Source: Antedon mediterranea (lineage: Eukaryota > Animalia > Echinodermata). Taken from it: DNA of 64,000 bases. Below the pieces are notes generated by a model that was given only the letters and a program-made list of their open reading frames with translations, did not search any database and had not been told where the DNA came from. The stretch is from contig NC_092677.1 of the NCBI RefSeq assembly GCF_964355755.1, forward strand, positions 25,035,175 through 25,099,174, written 5' to 3'. The translations under genes were made by a program, and so were the position numbers. Positions 12,615-25,399 of the stretch are shown here, piece after piece (positions within the stretch are counted from its first letter, which is position 1; each line of letters starts with the position of its first letter).

Positions 12615-15600
12615 TAGTAGAGCAGTTAGTGACATGAGCTGTGCATTTTATTACCAAAGCATGAAACTTGGCACAAAGTTTCTTTAATATATATAGATTC
12701 AAAATATCAGGGGGTGCCAAGTGTCCAACGTCCGGTATGGCGGCCATCTTGATTTCAAAATGGCCACCATAAAAACAAAAAATGTTCATATCTTGGCAAC
12801 TATACACATTAGAGACTTAATTCTGGTCTCAAATTGTTCACAAACTATATATTGCTATTTGCTCTAATGAAAATTTTCGTCAAAAAATGACCGGAAATGA
12901 CGTTTCTTTCAGTTTGACCTTTGACCTCGTATTTGTATATCTCTGTAACTACTGGTCATTTTCAATCGATTTTGGTGTCATTTTGTTCAGAATAAATACA
13001 TTTATATTTGTAGTAATGAAACCTTTTCACATAAAATGACCGGAAATACAATTTATGACCTTTGACATTTATTTATTGATTTTTAATTATGTGAATATAC
13101 TGTATGTGGGTTTGTGTTGGTCTTAAATGCATCTAATTTTGAACTTTGACCTGATAGGCGTAATTATATTAAATGATTAATGGACTTAAATTGTATATGT
13201 TACATAAAATTGGTAAACAATGTGCTGGGTGGTACCATTAGTTCAAGGATGTTGGCACCTTCTGATTCGCTAAAAGTTTTAATAGTTTGACAGAGGAAAT
13301 AAGATACATGTTATGGAATACCGTAAAACCTCGAAAAGGTGATAGTATTCATGAGCTTCTTTTCGAGATAGACTGTATTTGAATGTCAAATGAATAGTAT
13401 GATGATCGTGTTTATATCAATATATTATTAATGACCTTACAAAGAACCCTTTATATTTCAACAATCAAGCCTCAGTTATTCTACAATTTATTGTTTTCCA
13501 AGTGGTAGGCCTATTTTGATTGCATCTTCTTTTTGTATGCTTCCTCGGTTAATATGGTCCTACCCCTCCTTCTTTGTCTGTAGATAGTCTTATACCCCCT
13601 TCTTTGTCTGTGGATGGTCTTATACCCCCCTTATTTGTCTGTGGATGGTCCTACACCCCCTTTTTTGACTGTGGATGGTCTTATACCCACTTCTTTGTCT
13701 GTGGATGGTCTTATACCCACTTCTTTGTCTGTGGATGGTCTTACATCCCCTTCTTTGTCTGTGAACGGTCTTACACCCCTTTATTTGTGTGTGGATGGTC
13801 TTATACACCCCTTTTTTTGTCTGTAGATGGTCTTACACCCCTTCTTTGTCTGTGGATGGTCTTATACCCCCTTCTTTGTCTGTGGATGGTCTTATACCCC
13901 CTTTCTTTGTCTGTTGATGGTATTACACCCTTTTTTTTGTGTGTGGATGGTCTTACACCCCTTTCTTTGTGTGTGGATGGTCTTACACCCTTTCTTTGTC
14001 TATGGATGGTCTTACACCCCTTCTTTCTCTGTGGATGGTCTTATACCCCCTTCTTTGTCTGTGGATGGTCTTATACCCCTTATTTGTCTGTGGATGGTCT
14101 TATACCCCCTTCTTTGTCTGTGGATGGTCTTATACCAACTTCTTTGTCTGTGGATGGTCTTACATCCCCTTCTTTGTCTGTGGACGGTCTTACACCCCTT
14201 CTTTGTCTGTGGATGGTCCTACACCCCCTTCTTTGTCTGTGGATGGTCTTATATCCCCTTCTTTGTCTGTAAGTGGTCCTATACCACTTTCTTTGTCAGT
14301 GGATGGTCTTACACCCTCTTCTTTGTCTGTGGATAGTCCTACACCCCCTTCTTTGTCTGTGGATGGTCCTACACCCTTCTTTGTCTGTGGATGGTCTTAC
14401 ACCCCCTTCTTTGTCTGTGGATGGTCTTACACCCCCTTCTTTGTCTGTGGATGGTCCTACACCCCCTTCTTTGTCTGTAGATGGCCTTACACCCCTTTCT
14501 TTGTCTGTGGATGGTCTTATACCCCCCTCTTTGTGTGTGGATGGTCGTACACCCCCTTCTTTGTCTGTGGATGGTCTTACACCCCCTTCTTTGTCTGTGG
14601 ATGGTCTTATACCCCCTTCTTTGTCTGTGGATGGTCTTATACCCCCTTTTTTGTCTGTGGATGGTCTTATACCCCCTTCTTTGTCTGTGGATGGTCTTAC
14701 ACCCCCTTCTTTGTCTGGACCCACTACTATGATTGATTAAATCAGACATTGTTTCTTGTATGATTAGGAGACCAAGACCTTCAAAGTGAAAGTCCACAGG
14801 TGGATGCCTAAAAAGGTCTTGTACAGAACAGTATATTGTAGGTCCATGTCACTAATTTGAGGATTACTTGAATAATTATATTGAGATGTCTTTTACGAAT
14901 TGATTTGGTTCGGATTTTGCTAAAAAATCAATGACTAGAGAAAATCGAGGAAAAGGATTCAGATGGTTTACAGCAAAGGCCCATTACCATAAAAATGGAG
15001 TACATTTTTTTAGATGCAACGAAAATGAACAAGAATTATCTGAGTTTCGGACTAATGAAAGTAGGTCTACTGCACAAATGCAGGATTAGTTTGTAGTAAG
15101 TACTTTGAAAGACGGTGTTCTCTTAACTCGTGAAAATGAGAACTTTCCGAACTTGTCTCATATGCAACATCAAAGAGGCCAACGAAAAAATATTTCCAAA
15201 TGGCATCTAACAATTCAATTCAACTTTTATTTCAGACAATTGTCCATATGGTATAATACATTACAAAAAAAAAAGAAAGGATGAAGGAGGAGAGAGGACC
15301 AAAACTTTTATCTAACGATTGACACATCACAGTTTAGCAAACAAGTCGGCATAGATGAGCTCAGTGATTGATGTTTCTCAGTGATCTGTCATACTTTACG
15401 CCTATCCTATCACATCAAAAGTAAAAAATTCAGAATAATTCCTGGTCATTTTTTCATTAAGTGTCATTTATTTCGGTAAAAAAAATTAAGTGCATTATAT
15501 CAATGTAAACCACATACAATATGTTCACATAATTATATATGTCAAAGGTTATAAATTGTATTTCCAGTCATTTTATGTGAAAATGTTTCATTACTACAAA

Positions 15601-16002
15601 TATAAATGTCTCTATTCTGAACAAAATGACACCAAAATCGATTGAAAATGATCAGTAGTTACCGAGATATACAGATAAGAGGTCAAAGGTCAAACTGGAA
15701 GAAACGTCATTTCCGGTCATTTTTTTACGAAACTTTTCATTAGAACAAATAGAAATATGTGGTTTGTGAACAATTTAACACCAGAATCAAGTCTCTACTG
15801 TTTATAGTTGCCAAGATATGAACACTTTTTGTTTTTATGGTGGCCATTTTGAAATCAAGATGGCCGCCATACCGGACGTTGGACACTTGGCACCCCCCGA
15901 TATTTTGAATCTATACACATCAAAGAAACTTTGTGGCATGTTTCATGCTTTGGTAATAAAGTGCACAACTTGGCTATTTTTATGGCGTTAACTGCTCTAC
16001 TA
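12615..16002. mobile_element. Non-autonomous Academ-like DNA transposon with TIRs of about 500 bp
   Basis: 12615 to about 13130 is the reverse complement of about 15490-16002 (e.g. GTGCCAAGTGTCCAACGTCCGGTATGGCGGCCATCTTGATTTCAAAATGGCCACC). Termini are TAGTAGAGCAGTTA...TAACTGCTCTACTA with a 3-bp flanking duplication CTA. TAG...CTA ends with 3-4 bp TSD are typical of Academ. Confidence 0.8.
13555..14717. repeat. 30-bp minisatellite, roughly 38 copies
   Basis: Unit TA(C/T)ACCCCCTTCTTTGTCTGTGGATGGTCT repeated with point variants. It produces many spurious ORFs. Confidence 0.97.
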
Positions 16003-16288
16003 CTAGGCCTAATCCATTTGACTAGGCCTATACAGTACCTGTACTGACGCAGACAGCTTGACTGAAAGCGTTTGCATTGGCGAATTGTAGTTTGGTCAAT
16101 TCCTATCTATATCACACTATGAATACAAAGCTAACGAATATATTCATGTTTATTTTGTGACGTTTCATGAGGGGTCCCCAACTAATGTACGAAAAGAAAC
16201 ATTGTGACTAGGCGCGAGACAGTACTGTTAGTAGGCCTACTGACTGGAATTGTGTTTCGTCTGAATGACTATCTTAGATTTCAGGTAG

Positions 16289-18315
16289 TAATAGGGATTT
16301 CAGGTGAAAAATTGATTGACACCCTATGAACTTGGAAATGATACCATATGAAGCAGAATTGAAAACAATGACAATGCTTTTTAAATTTTTTTAATCGGAC
16401 AAGGCGTTCAAAAGTTACATTAAAAAACAATACGAAAAAATAGATAGGAAGTCGAAGACATTGGTTTCTATGTTTTCTATTATTTTATTAAAAGCTAAAA
16501 GTGGTCCAAAACAGTCAACAAAATCATTGATATTTTGTACATAATTGGGTATATCTTTTTAACCATAAAGTGTACCGGCCTAATTTTTTCAACAGTTATT
16601 AATATAATGTAAATACATAATGTTCAATAAAAATGTTGCCAAAAAAATCATAAATTATTGTTTTATTAATACATAATGAAACTATGTAATATTTGAATGT
16701 AATAAAATACATAAAATCTAACATAGCTCTTTAATTATTACTCACATTATGCCTATTTTTTTACCAGTTAATTGTATAATATAATTACACAATTTTTAAT
16801 AAAAATTCTATTAAAAATATGTTTTTGTTGCCATGGAAACGTGTAATAAAATAAAAATATGACATTTAATCGCAAAAATACATAAAATCTAACATAGCTC
16901 TTTAATTATAACTCACATTATGCCTATTTTTTTACCAGTTAATTGTATAATATAAATACACAATTTGTAATAAAAATTCTATTAAAAATGTTTTTGTTAC
17001 CATGGAAACGTGTAATAAAATGAAAATATGACGTTTAATCGCAAAAATACATAAAATCAAAGATAGCCATTCGTAATTGTAATGTTGATAAGTTTATCAG
17101 GAAGCAGTAAGTTTATGTAGATCTAAAGCTGAAATACCAACAGCTTTAAGAAAATCACCAGGAATATCTTCTTCCATGTTGATAAATATTAATTACAAAA
17201 AGTTCACTTTTATTTTTATATGAAAATAATCGGTATTATTTAAAAAAAATAAATATTAACTGGAAAAAACACATAGATTTTTATAGCAGTTTTTAAATTA
17301 ATCAATTAAAACTAAAAACCTACAAAATATGATGTATTCCTTTCATTTTTTATAAAAAAACATAATCCTCAATTAATATAACCAAATAATACCCCTTAAA
17401 AATAAGTGGACCTGTCCATAATGTATTTAACTTTCATTGTACGGACGATTCCATTTACATTAATAGGGATGTTAAGCATTTCAAACTAATATGTTTTAAA
17501 ACACTTAAAGTACCTATTATTATTTCTTCGGAACGTTAGGAATAGGAAATATATTAATCATAATTATAATCAATGTTGGTTAAACTATAATTTATATAAG
17601 ACTTAACCTCCGTTAAGTAAAAATTCTACTGGCAGTCCTGTGCAGGCAGGCACAGGCTAGCCTCAGCCTGAGACAATGGAACAAGTGGACTGTGGCTTGA
17701 GAAAGGAAAAACATGTGCCTACTCTTTTCTTTTTCCGTTCATCAATTCTCAACCAATTAAAGATTTTAACAATAGCTACTTTAAACATTATATTTTCATA
17801 TTATATGTGTCTTTGATTTAAAATATTCCATCAACCTACCGAAAAAACGAAGATTATTTTTGAAAGTCCACCAATTCTGTTCTAGACATCGTATAAACCT
17901 GGGACATGCTTTGTTTACAAGCTAAAGCCCATGCCTTTCACTTAGGAAACCAATTTAATTGTCAATCACCTCAGGTTGTCACGGAAACTCCAATCAAAAA
18001 GCATCATATTTTTAGATCTCCAAAAATGGGCGGTCATAAACTGCAAGCAGGAATTTCCCTCATGTTCATGAGGTGACCAGCTGGATAGGGTGTTAGTAAT
18101 CTTGTTGTATTTCATTGAATAATTGATATTTCCGCGAATTGTCTACAGCACTTGAAAGTAGACATGTGTACCTTTCCAAAAATGTATTATTTGCCCAAAA
18201 CATATTAATCTAATAATTAAAAAATGGCACTTCAAAATGGTCAATTTTTTACTTTAATGTGCTGCCTGTGTGTGTGTGACCTCAAGCTGTAGCCATGCAA
18301 CTGAATACCCTAGTA
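16289..18315. mobile_element. Probable non-autonomous DNA transposon with short imperfect TIRs and an internal duplication of about 170 bp
   Basis: TAATAGGGATTTCAGGTG at the left end versus CAACTGAATACCCTAGTA at the right end, flanked by GTAG/GTAA. Superfamily uncertain (CMC/Chapaev-like is a guess). Confidence 0.4.
16705..17060. repeat. Tandem duplication of about 170 bp (2+ copies)
   Basis: AAAATACATAAAATCTAACATAGCTCTTTAATTAT...CCATGGAAACGTGTAATAAAAT begins at about 16705 and 16875, and partially at about 17044. Confidence 0.9.
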
Positions 18316-18624
18316 GTAAGGTATACCACTGCATAGCAACGATGATGATGAACCCGAATGCCCCCGTCTGACTTGATGGTGATGCGAAAATTCGGTTTTT
18401 ATACCTCATACTGAAGTTGTTGTGCAGATATTTTTAATTTTAAGAAATCAAATTTTTTTTTTTAAGTTTAAATTATTTTTATTTCAATTTTGTAATTTTA
18501 ATTGAAAGCAGTTTGTTTTATACGCAGGACAAAGAATACAACGCCATGAACAGTAAAAAAGAAACCAGCTGGATTTTTTGGTGGTAGGTTTATTTTATTG
18601 AATTCATTTCTCTTTGCTGTTGAC

Positions 18625-19040
18625 AATGATGTTATCCATAATCCCAGCTCGCTTTGAGTCCATATTTGGACGTTGAAGAAAAACGGGTTTCCAACACAAT
18701 AAACATACTGAGTCAACTAGGAACCAAAAACCCTCTTTTTCATTGCCAAAAATTGTCTTAACAACTGATACTAATAATAGCATAAACATTTGTTCCTCAG
18801 GTTTTGAAAATATGGGTACGTGATGATGGTCCTTTAGCGTCCATGGTAAGTGATTCTTTATAAATATTGTATTTTTTCTTAAAGTTGTCGAGGTTGGCTT
18901 TTTGTTTTGATAATAATTCCCTATCATGGTGTTGACCTTAATTTGACCATAATTTCTGTAGCTGGCAATGATGTTTTCCATAATCCCAGCTCGCTTTGAG
19001 TCCCATGGGACATTGAAGAGAATGTGTTTCCAACACAGTC
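18625..19040. repeat. Dispersed direct repeat of about 75 bp (18625-18700 and 18966-19037)
   Basis: CAATGATGTT.TCCATAATCCCAGCTCGCTTTGAGTCC...TTTCCAACACA is present twice. Confidence 0.75.
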
Positions 19041-19629
19041 ATACTGAGAGCCAAGCTACATTCTATAAAACGCAATAATGCCTTACTCTACCAAATATTT
19101 ATGCATATTGTACAATTTAATATTTAACACCAATCTTTAATACAGATTTTACCAATCAACCTAAAAACCGTTGCTCTTCTAGCTCAAGCGGACAATAAAG
19201 GAATGGGTTAAATTACTGTAGATGCATGAATGGTGAAGATGCACGCAAGGTAAGCATTGTGGAAATTTATTATTTCCAGTAGGTTTAGGTAATAATGATG
19301 AATAAGTAATTTGACAAGCATATGTCTGAAAACTTTGATGCTAAAAATTACAGTACTGAAATACCTTGGTGCTATTCATGAATGGCTAAATAAAACAAGT
19401 TAAAAATGTTTTTAACTACAATACTTTTTCTTCTTAGGTCGCCAATGTATGCAACACAGCCAATTGGAGCTTACAAGCCAGTTGGAGCTAACTATGATGA
19501 ACATAGTTAAATAACTTAACCTGGTCAGTGTTCTGCATTAAACCTGCTATTTAGACAACACTTGCTTAGGGTTCTTTTGGGATCGTTGTCTAAGTAGGCC
19601 TACAACCGGCATGATGTGTAATAATTGCC

Positions 19630-21003
19630 GTTTACAATGATTAGGTAATATCGCCCCAGTCTGATTTCTATGACTGAATGATTTTTATGAGAAACGGCAA
19701 TTTTACAAGTAAAATTTTAGGAATAATTTGTATGAAATCCAATAATAGTTCTATTGTCGGCTGAACATATTTAAACGTAATCTCTCTTCTTTTTACAGAT
19801 TCTGTGATATTATTACAATACGAGTAAAAAGGTAATAGATTTGAAAGAATATGAAACAAATATAAAAAGTGAACATTTTAAAATACAATATATTTATGTA
19901 ATGATGATCTTTATTGACAAGCATATATCTGATAAATGATGTTGACAATACAGAATCTGATCATGTGTAGCAGTACAGCAACGATTGGTACAAATACAAG
20001 GCATATATTTATAGATTTTGTTTCGTTTTTTAGTTTGAAATATGTCTCAATGTATGAAGTTGATGAACTGCTAAAAGTTGAAAGGGCATTTAGATATAGT
20101 AAGTGATATATTAAATGTATACTTGAATTTAAAGTAAACATGCACATTCTGCCTTAATCTTTCAGTCTAGGCCATCTGCTCATGCACTGCAGCTAATACT
20201 AGGCCAAGGTAAAAAGATAAAATGCAAAGTCTTTACATGTATGTTGTAACTATCTATGGTAGTGATTATAAAAATGTCTCGTTCGTATGATAACGTGATT
20301 ACTCCCTATAGCTTCTGAACTGTAGATATTCATGCTCTTTGTATATATAGGCTTGTAGTTGTTGAAAAATGAGTTTTTAAAATATTTTTCCGCAGGATAG
20401 CGTGTTGGTAGTGATGCATATTGTCAATTGTCGCCAAAACGAACAATTTCAGATTCAGTAAGAAAGCAAATTTTTTAAATAATATTTTGTGTTTGATAAG
20501 CCAACCTATTAGTATGACATCCTGGTTTTAAGTATGAAGCGGTTAGCAAATGAAATGATGAACATAATTACAGACCTGTTCTGAAAAAGATGAGGAATTG
20601 TTTGTTCTGATTTGTTTGCTAATACAAAAATATCCACCAAAGTGAAATTTTAGTTTCTTAAATCTCTAAAATTATGATTTTTCGCAGAAGTAGAATCTGA
20701 TCGGTTTTTGATCTGTATTTTAATGGCAATTCATAAGGCAAGTTTGTTTAATTTATTTATTCAACTTATTTATTTTACTAGATAATTTGATGCTTTTGTG
20801 AGTTTTAGAATGAGAAAAAAAAGACAAACATTAGCATCTAACTGATATTTCTGAGTAAGATTGCAATAGTCTTTTATCAGAGTCCCAGTACAATCTGCAT
20901 GTGTTATGCAATATGTTTGTGTCGTTTACAATGATTAGGTAATATCGCCCCAGTCTGATTTCTATGACTGAATGATTTTTATGAGGAACGGCAATTTTAC
21001 AAT
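19630..21003. repeat. Near-identical direct repeats of about 78 bp (19630-19708 and 20925-21002) bracketing 1.2 kb
   Basis: GTTTACAATGATTAGGTAATATCGCCCCAGTCTGATTTCTATGACTGAATGATTTTTATGAG.AACGGCAATTTTACAA occurs twice. Confidence 0.85.
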
Positions 21004-22080
21004 TAAAATCTATTGAATTAGTTCCAATCTAATGCACTTGATTAACCAGGCTATTCATTCTTTTTGCAGCTTACCTGGTTATTTTATACAGAAGGGCAAA
21101 GCAAGCATCAAGCAAGGCAATAAAACCACTTTCGCAAGTAATTGAAATAATTTGCGAAAATTTCATGCCACGAATAATTGTAGGCCTACTGTACACAATA
21201 GCTTATGTATTAGCGTCTTTATAACACAAAGATTGTGCATTTACTTGTATTATTCAAATTTATGTTGCGGAGGTTTTTGGTTTTACAGTAATTAAGGATC
21301 CACAACTGCATTGTGATGGAACTGCCATGTAGTAATCTGCAACCCTCAGTTGTTGAATAATTGATAGTTATGTTACGAACGTCATGCTTAAATAAAGACA
21401 CAACTGCAAATTTGATGAGCTTGTGTTGCATTTGATTTTCCTTAGTACAATAGACGTTTTAGTGTATTGCTATCAATTTCAACATCAATGTATTGATGAT
21501 AATTTACATACAACCTGGACAATATATGGTAGAAAATAATAAAGTGCTTGCAACATTGTATTATTGATCGTCATTGTGATAATTCTTTGTAGTGATTAAT
21601 TCATGTAAAGCTTGGACCAATCAGAGACCAAAATCTAATCATGTATACTGTACATATGACTTGCCATTTATTATAAAGACCCATTCTATATTGAGAAACC
21701 ATTAGTTCATGTCCTATTCCTGGGCTGTTCATTGGATTTGAAGACTTTTTGACAGGTAAGCAATACCTTTCTCCCAGGTTACTGATATTGCATTACGTTG
21801 ATGTGACCCTACCTTACCTCGGCCAAAGACTGATCTGAACATAAACTTTTTAACACAACTGCGTGGTTAGTAATTTATGACCCGGTGCGTGTAATTGTAA
21901 TACCCTTTTATCGCTTATTTACAAGAAATATTTCTTACAAAAACGCCGCGCGACTATATTCTATTTAATAAGTTTAAGAAATAATGATTATCAATTATTT
22001 TTGTTTAACAATCCGTAGTAAACATTTTGTGTAACGTAAATATATATTCCGGGCGTTACTTCCCAAGGTCTTGTGACCAA

Positions 22081-22485
22081 CGGCGCAGATCCGTTTTTAA
22101 TAGTGGGACGTATAAAAATTAAATATTTTGCGAGCAACCTCAGGCTGAGGAAAGGCATGGGCCTGGTCGGGGTCCAGGGGACGAAGCCCCTTGGAAGCTC
22201 GGCTCTTTGAGTAATTTATAGATCGTTTCAATCGATTTCTGAGCACATACAAATTCCGCCCAGAAGAATATTTTGGGTTATGCACTTTTTAGGCACTGAT
22301 CCTGATGCCCCACTTGGTATATATTCACATAAAATATATATACTGTATTTGTATGTAGATACTGTATTTACATACGATATGTCGATAGAAGTCTTACTTT
22401 CCATTTCATTTCAACAATTTAATGATTTTGCTGTGTTGCAAAGTGGGACACGACAACCCTCCCACCTCTCCCAGGATCTGCGCTG
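22081..22485. mobile_element. hAT-like MITE
   Basis: Ends CGGCGCAGATCC...GGATCTGCGCTG, with internal GGGGTCCAGGGGACGAAGCCCC typical of such MITEs. No clear TSD. A related lone end, CAGTGGCGGATCCAGG, lies at 22551. Confidence 0.55.
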
Positions 22486-24239
22486 GTGCTTGCGATGACC
22501 CCAACATTCCATTTTAATTTCCCAGCCGCAGACAAATGTACTCGCTTATCCAGTGGCGGATCCAGGATTTTGTGAAAGGGGAGAGGGTGTGGGGATGTGC
22601 AACTGTAGAGAGTCCACTCTTTTTTGACGCTTTTTTCCCTAATTTTTGTCCTTATGATAAGGTGGGTGGGTGCGTTTTTTTTCGCGCTGTAGGCAGTTAG
22701 TGTACTATATTCAATTCAATATTGATATAAATACAGTATATAGTGGGTAGAAAAATAGGCCTGATTTTAGATGCAGTCGGCGCAGCCAGCCAGTAATAAT
22801 TGCTGTTCGTTGGACTATGGCTACGCCTACACTCCGCTAATCACTTCCAAAAATTCTACTTAAATTCAAACGGCAAGGATGTAAAAAGTGATGGTCACCA
22901 GTACTAGTTTCAAAGGGACACAAGGAATAAGTAGGCAATTGGTTGACTAATGAAACCAGGAATTGAATTAACATAACAATACAAAAAATAGCTAGATTGT
23001 GTCAAGGAGTGGCAAAAGAGACCAATAGCTTCTGTCGCCATATTAGGCGTGCCACTCCCAACAAAAAAGCTAAAACGTACAGTATAAACAAAAATATAAT
23101 AAAATAATTCAAAATTATCCATCGAAATTGAGCGTGACATATAAAAAAGCTGGACAGTTTAATTGAAAATGGTGCAGTTGGAACTCGAGTTGGAATATGA
23201 TTACCGTTGTCATCATCATTTATTGACACAATCCACCAAATTTTTACTTGTTCAAAAGTGACCAGATTGCGCCAGAGAGTCGGAATGTTGAGACGATCAT
23301 CGATTTCTCAGATTGCGAAGGTGTAAGACCAAGGCCTTAAAAATTAGCTTCGACAATTGTAATTTTTCCCGGAGAATTTACAAAAAGGACTCTTGGTGTA
23401 GGCCTACGGAACAGAAACAATTTGGCTTTGTGTAGGCCTAATTACAGATATTGCATTAGGCCTATCCCCTAATTTTCATCTTAATTCTAGAATCAATACT
23501 TCTAATATATACACAGTACTTTGGCAATAGAATATGAATAAACCATTATGAATTACTGTAATATAAACTAAAATATAACAAGTTCCTGCATATTTCAAAC
23601 ATTCCAGAAATCTATTTATAACAATTGGTAACCGGCAAATTTTGCTCCATATATTTCACTTAATATTCAAAAACCTTTTGAATATTGATGATTTGACACC
23701 TCTCCAATTATTGTATATATGTGAATTGTCACCCAATTTCAGGAACATGACACTTTGTGAGTAACCAATCATTAGTCGCAGGCAAATAATTGCACAATAG
23801 GTCTGAAGCCCTGATTATAGACAATCAATGTGCATTGTATATGAATATGTTTTCTGTATGGACACAAGTACAATGTGCATGCTATTTGTAGGTCTATTTT
23901 AATATACTTAACAATCTGCCTGGTTCCAAAAACAACAATACAGTATTCAACAGCTGTTACTACAAAAATTGCGTCCAACTGTTTAGATATACACATATTT
24001 GTATGGCACAACACACCTTGTTTTGGTGTTGAATTGAATTTACTGAACTGAAAATAATGTCTAGGTAACGGTACCATTCAAACATTTTGCACTTTTGCAT
24101 TATTCAGCGGACTAGGTAAAGGTTACACTCTTGACGGATCTTCAATTAGAAGTCTAAAATTAAACATTTTAGCATTGGTTTCATTTGAGTACTCGATTAT
24201 GCTAATTAATCATATTTGGGGTAAATTTTGAGCGTCCCT

Positions 24240-24508
24240 CCTTAGAGTAGGTACAGCTAGGTCGGAACTTGAGGCTCCCTAATTGACATTCTGTACCTCG
24301 GACCCCTTGTACTTGGAATGCTAAACACATCTCCATTTTTAATAGTTTTACATTTTTAACAGTATTTTTAACTTTTTATCTTGTATTTTTAATCTGTTAT
24401 AATACTGCACGTTTTTAAATTGTTGCAATACTGTTGTTTTATTCTACCAAGCAAAGTGAATTTCCATTTTTATGGACAAATAAAATTTCTTGAATCTTGA
24501 ATCTTGAA
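24240..24508 (+). mobile_element. Possible LINE 3' UTR with (TCTTGAA)n tail
   Basis: AATAAA followed by (TCTTGAA)3 at about 24479-24508, preceded by a T-rich UTR-like tract. Confidence 0.4.
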
Positions 24509-25399
24509 TTGGCTCCTGACTACCTGAGTGAAGAGATTGGCGAGTAGCCACGAGGAGCGTCGCGAAAACGAAACATTGAGACCTGCAGACTTATTGCACT
24601 GAGTTGTGCAATTAAAACGGTGAAGAAATTAAAGTCTAGAAATACTGGCTTTCATCAAACTTTCTGTTATCTGCTAAAATATTCCTGAATAACCTATACA
24701 CGATCCTTTACCATTTTTATTTATCAAATATTTTTTTTTTTTTTAGTATACGAAATACATTTTAATAGCGTTTTTAATAGTACATCCCCCCCCCCCCCAT
24801 TTTTTTTTTATTCATTAAAAAAAATACAACCATAACACAAAGTCACTTAAATATCAAGTAATAGGTATCAAAGTGATATGAACGTTTGATATTGATATTT
24901 CTTTCATTTCGATTCAAGCACGACACAATATAGCAAATTTGTAAAACTAAGAAATTAAACAGAGACAACTACAAAACAAGATAAAAAGCTTTTTACAACT
25001 ATAGTGGAGCCCATAAAAAAATTATATATAAAGTAATAAGATGAAATATAAAGTTTGTAATACAAAAGCAAATACTGTATTATGTTATTCAATAACTGAA
25101 GCATGTAACTATACATTAACATTTATTTATATTACTTAGCCTATGTAAATACGTGAACGTGATTGGTTGAAACTGCATCACATGACTACCGCTGCAAGGA
25201 TCGTAAATCGTATATATAATTTTCGCGTAATTATCGTGTCCCTGTCATTAATCATATAAATTCTCGAGTACGATGATATTGACTGTATACTATTGCAATA
25301 AACTTATAATAACGCAATACGTTTTCATTTCATTTAGCAAATACTAGCTTGCCTAAGAGAATAATTGGTCAAGAGTAAACCTTAAGTCATAGCTTTTCA

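Noticed and set aside
13555-14797. Many overlapping ORFs, and a superficial CRISPR-like periodicity
   Set aside because: These are head-to-tail 30-bp units with no unique spacers, in a eukaryotic context. The ORFs arise because the unit lacks stops.
18604-18981. 125-aa minus-strand ORF
   Set aside because: No recognisable domain, and it lies between two copies of a dispersed repeat. It is likely a chance ORF or TE debris.
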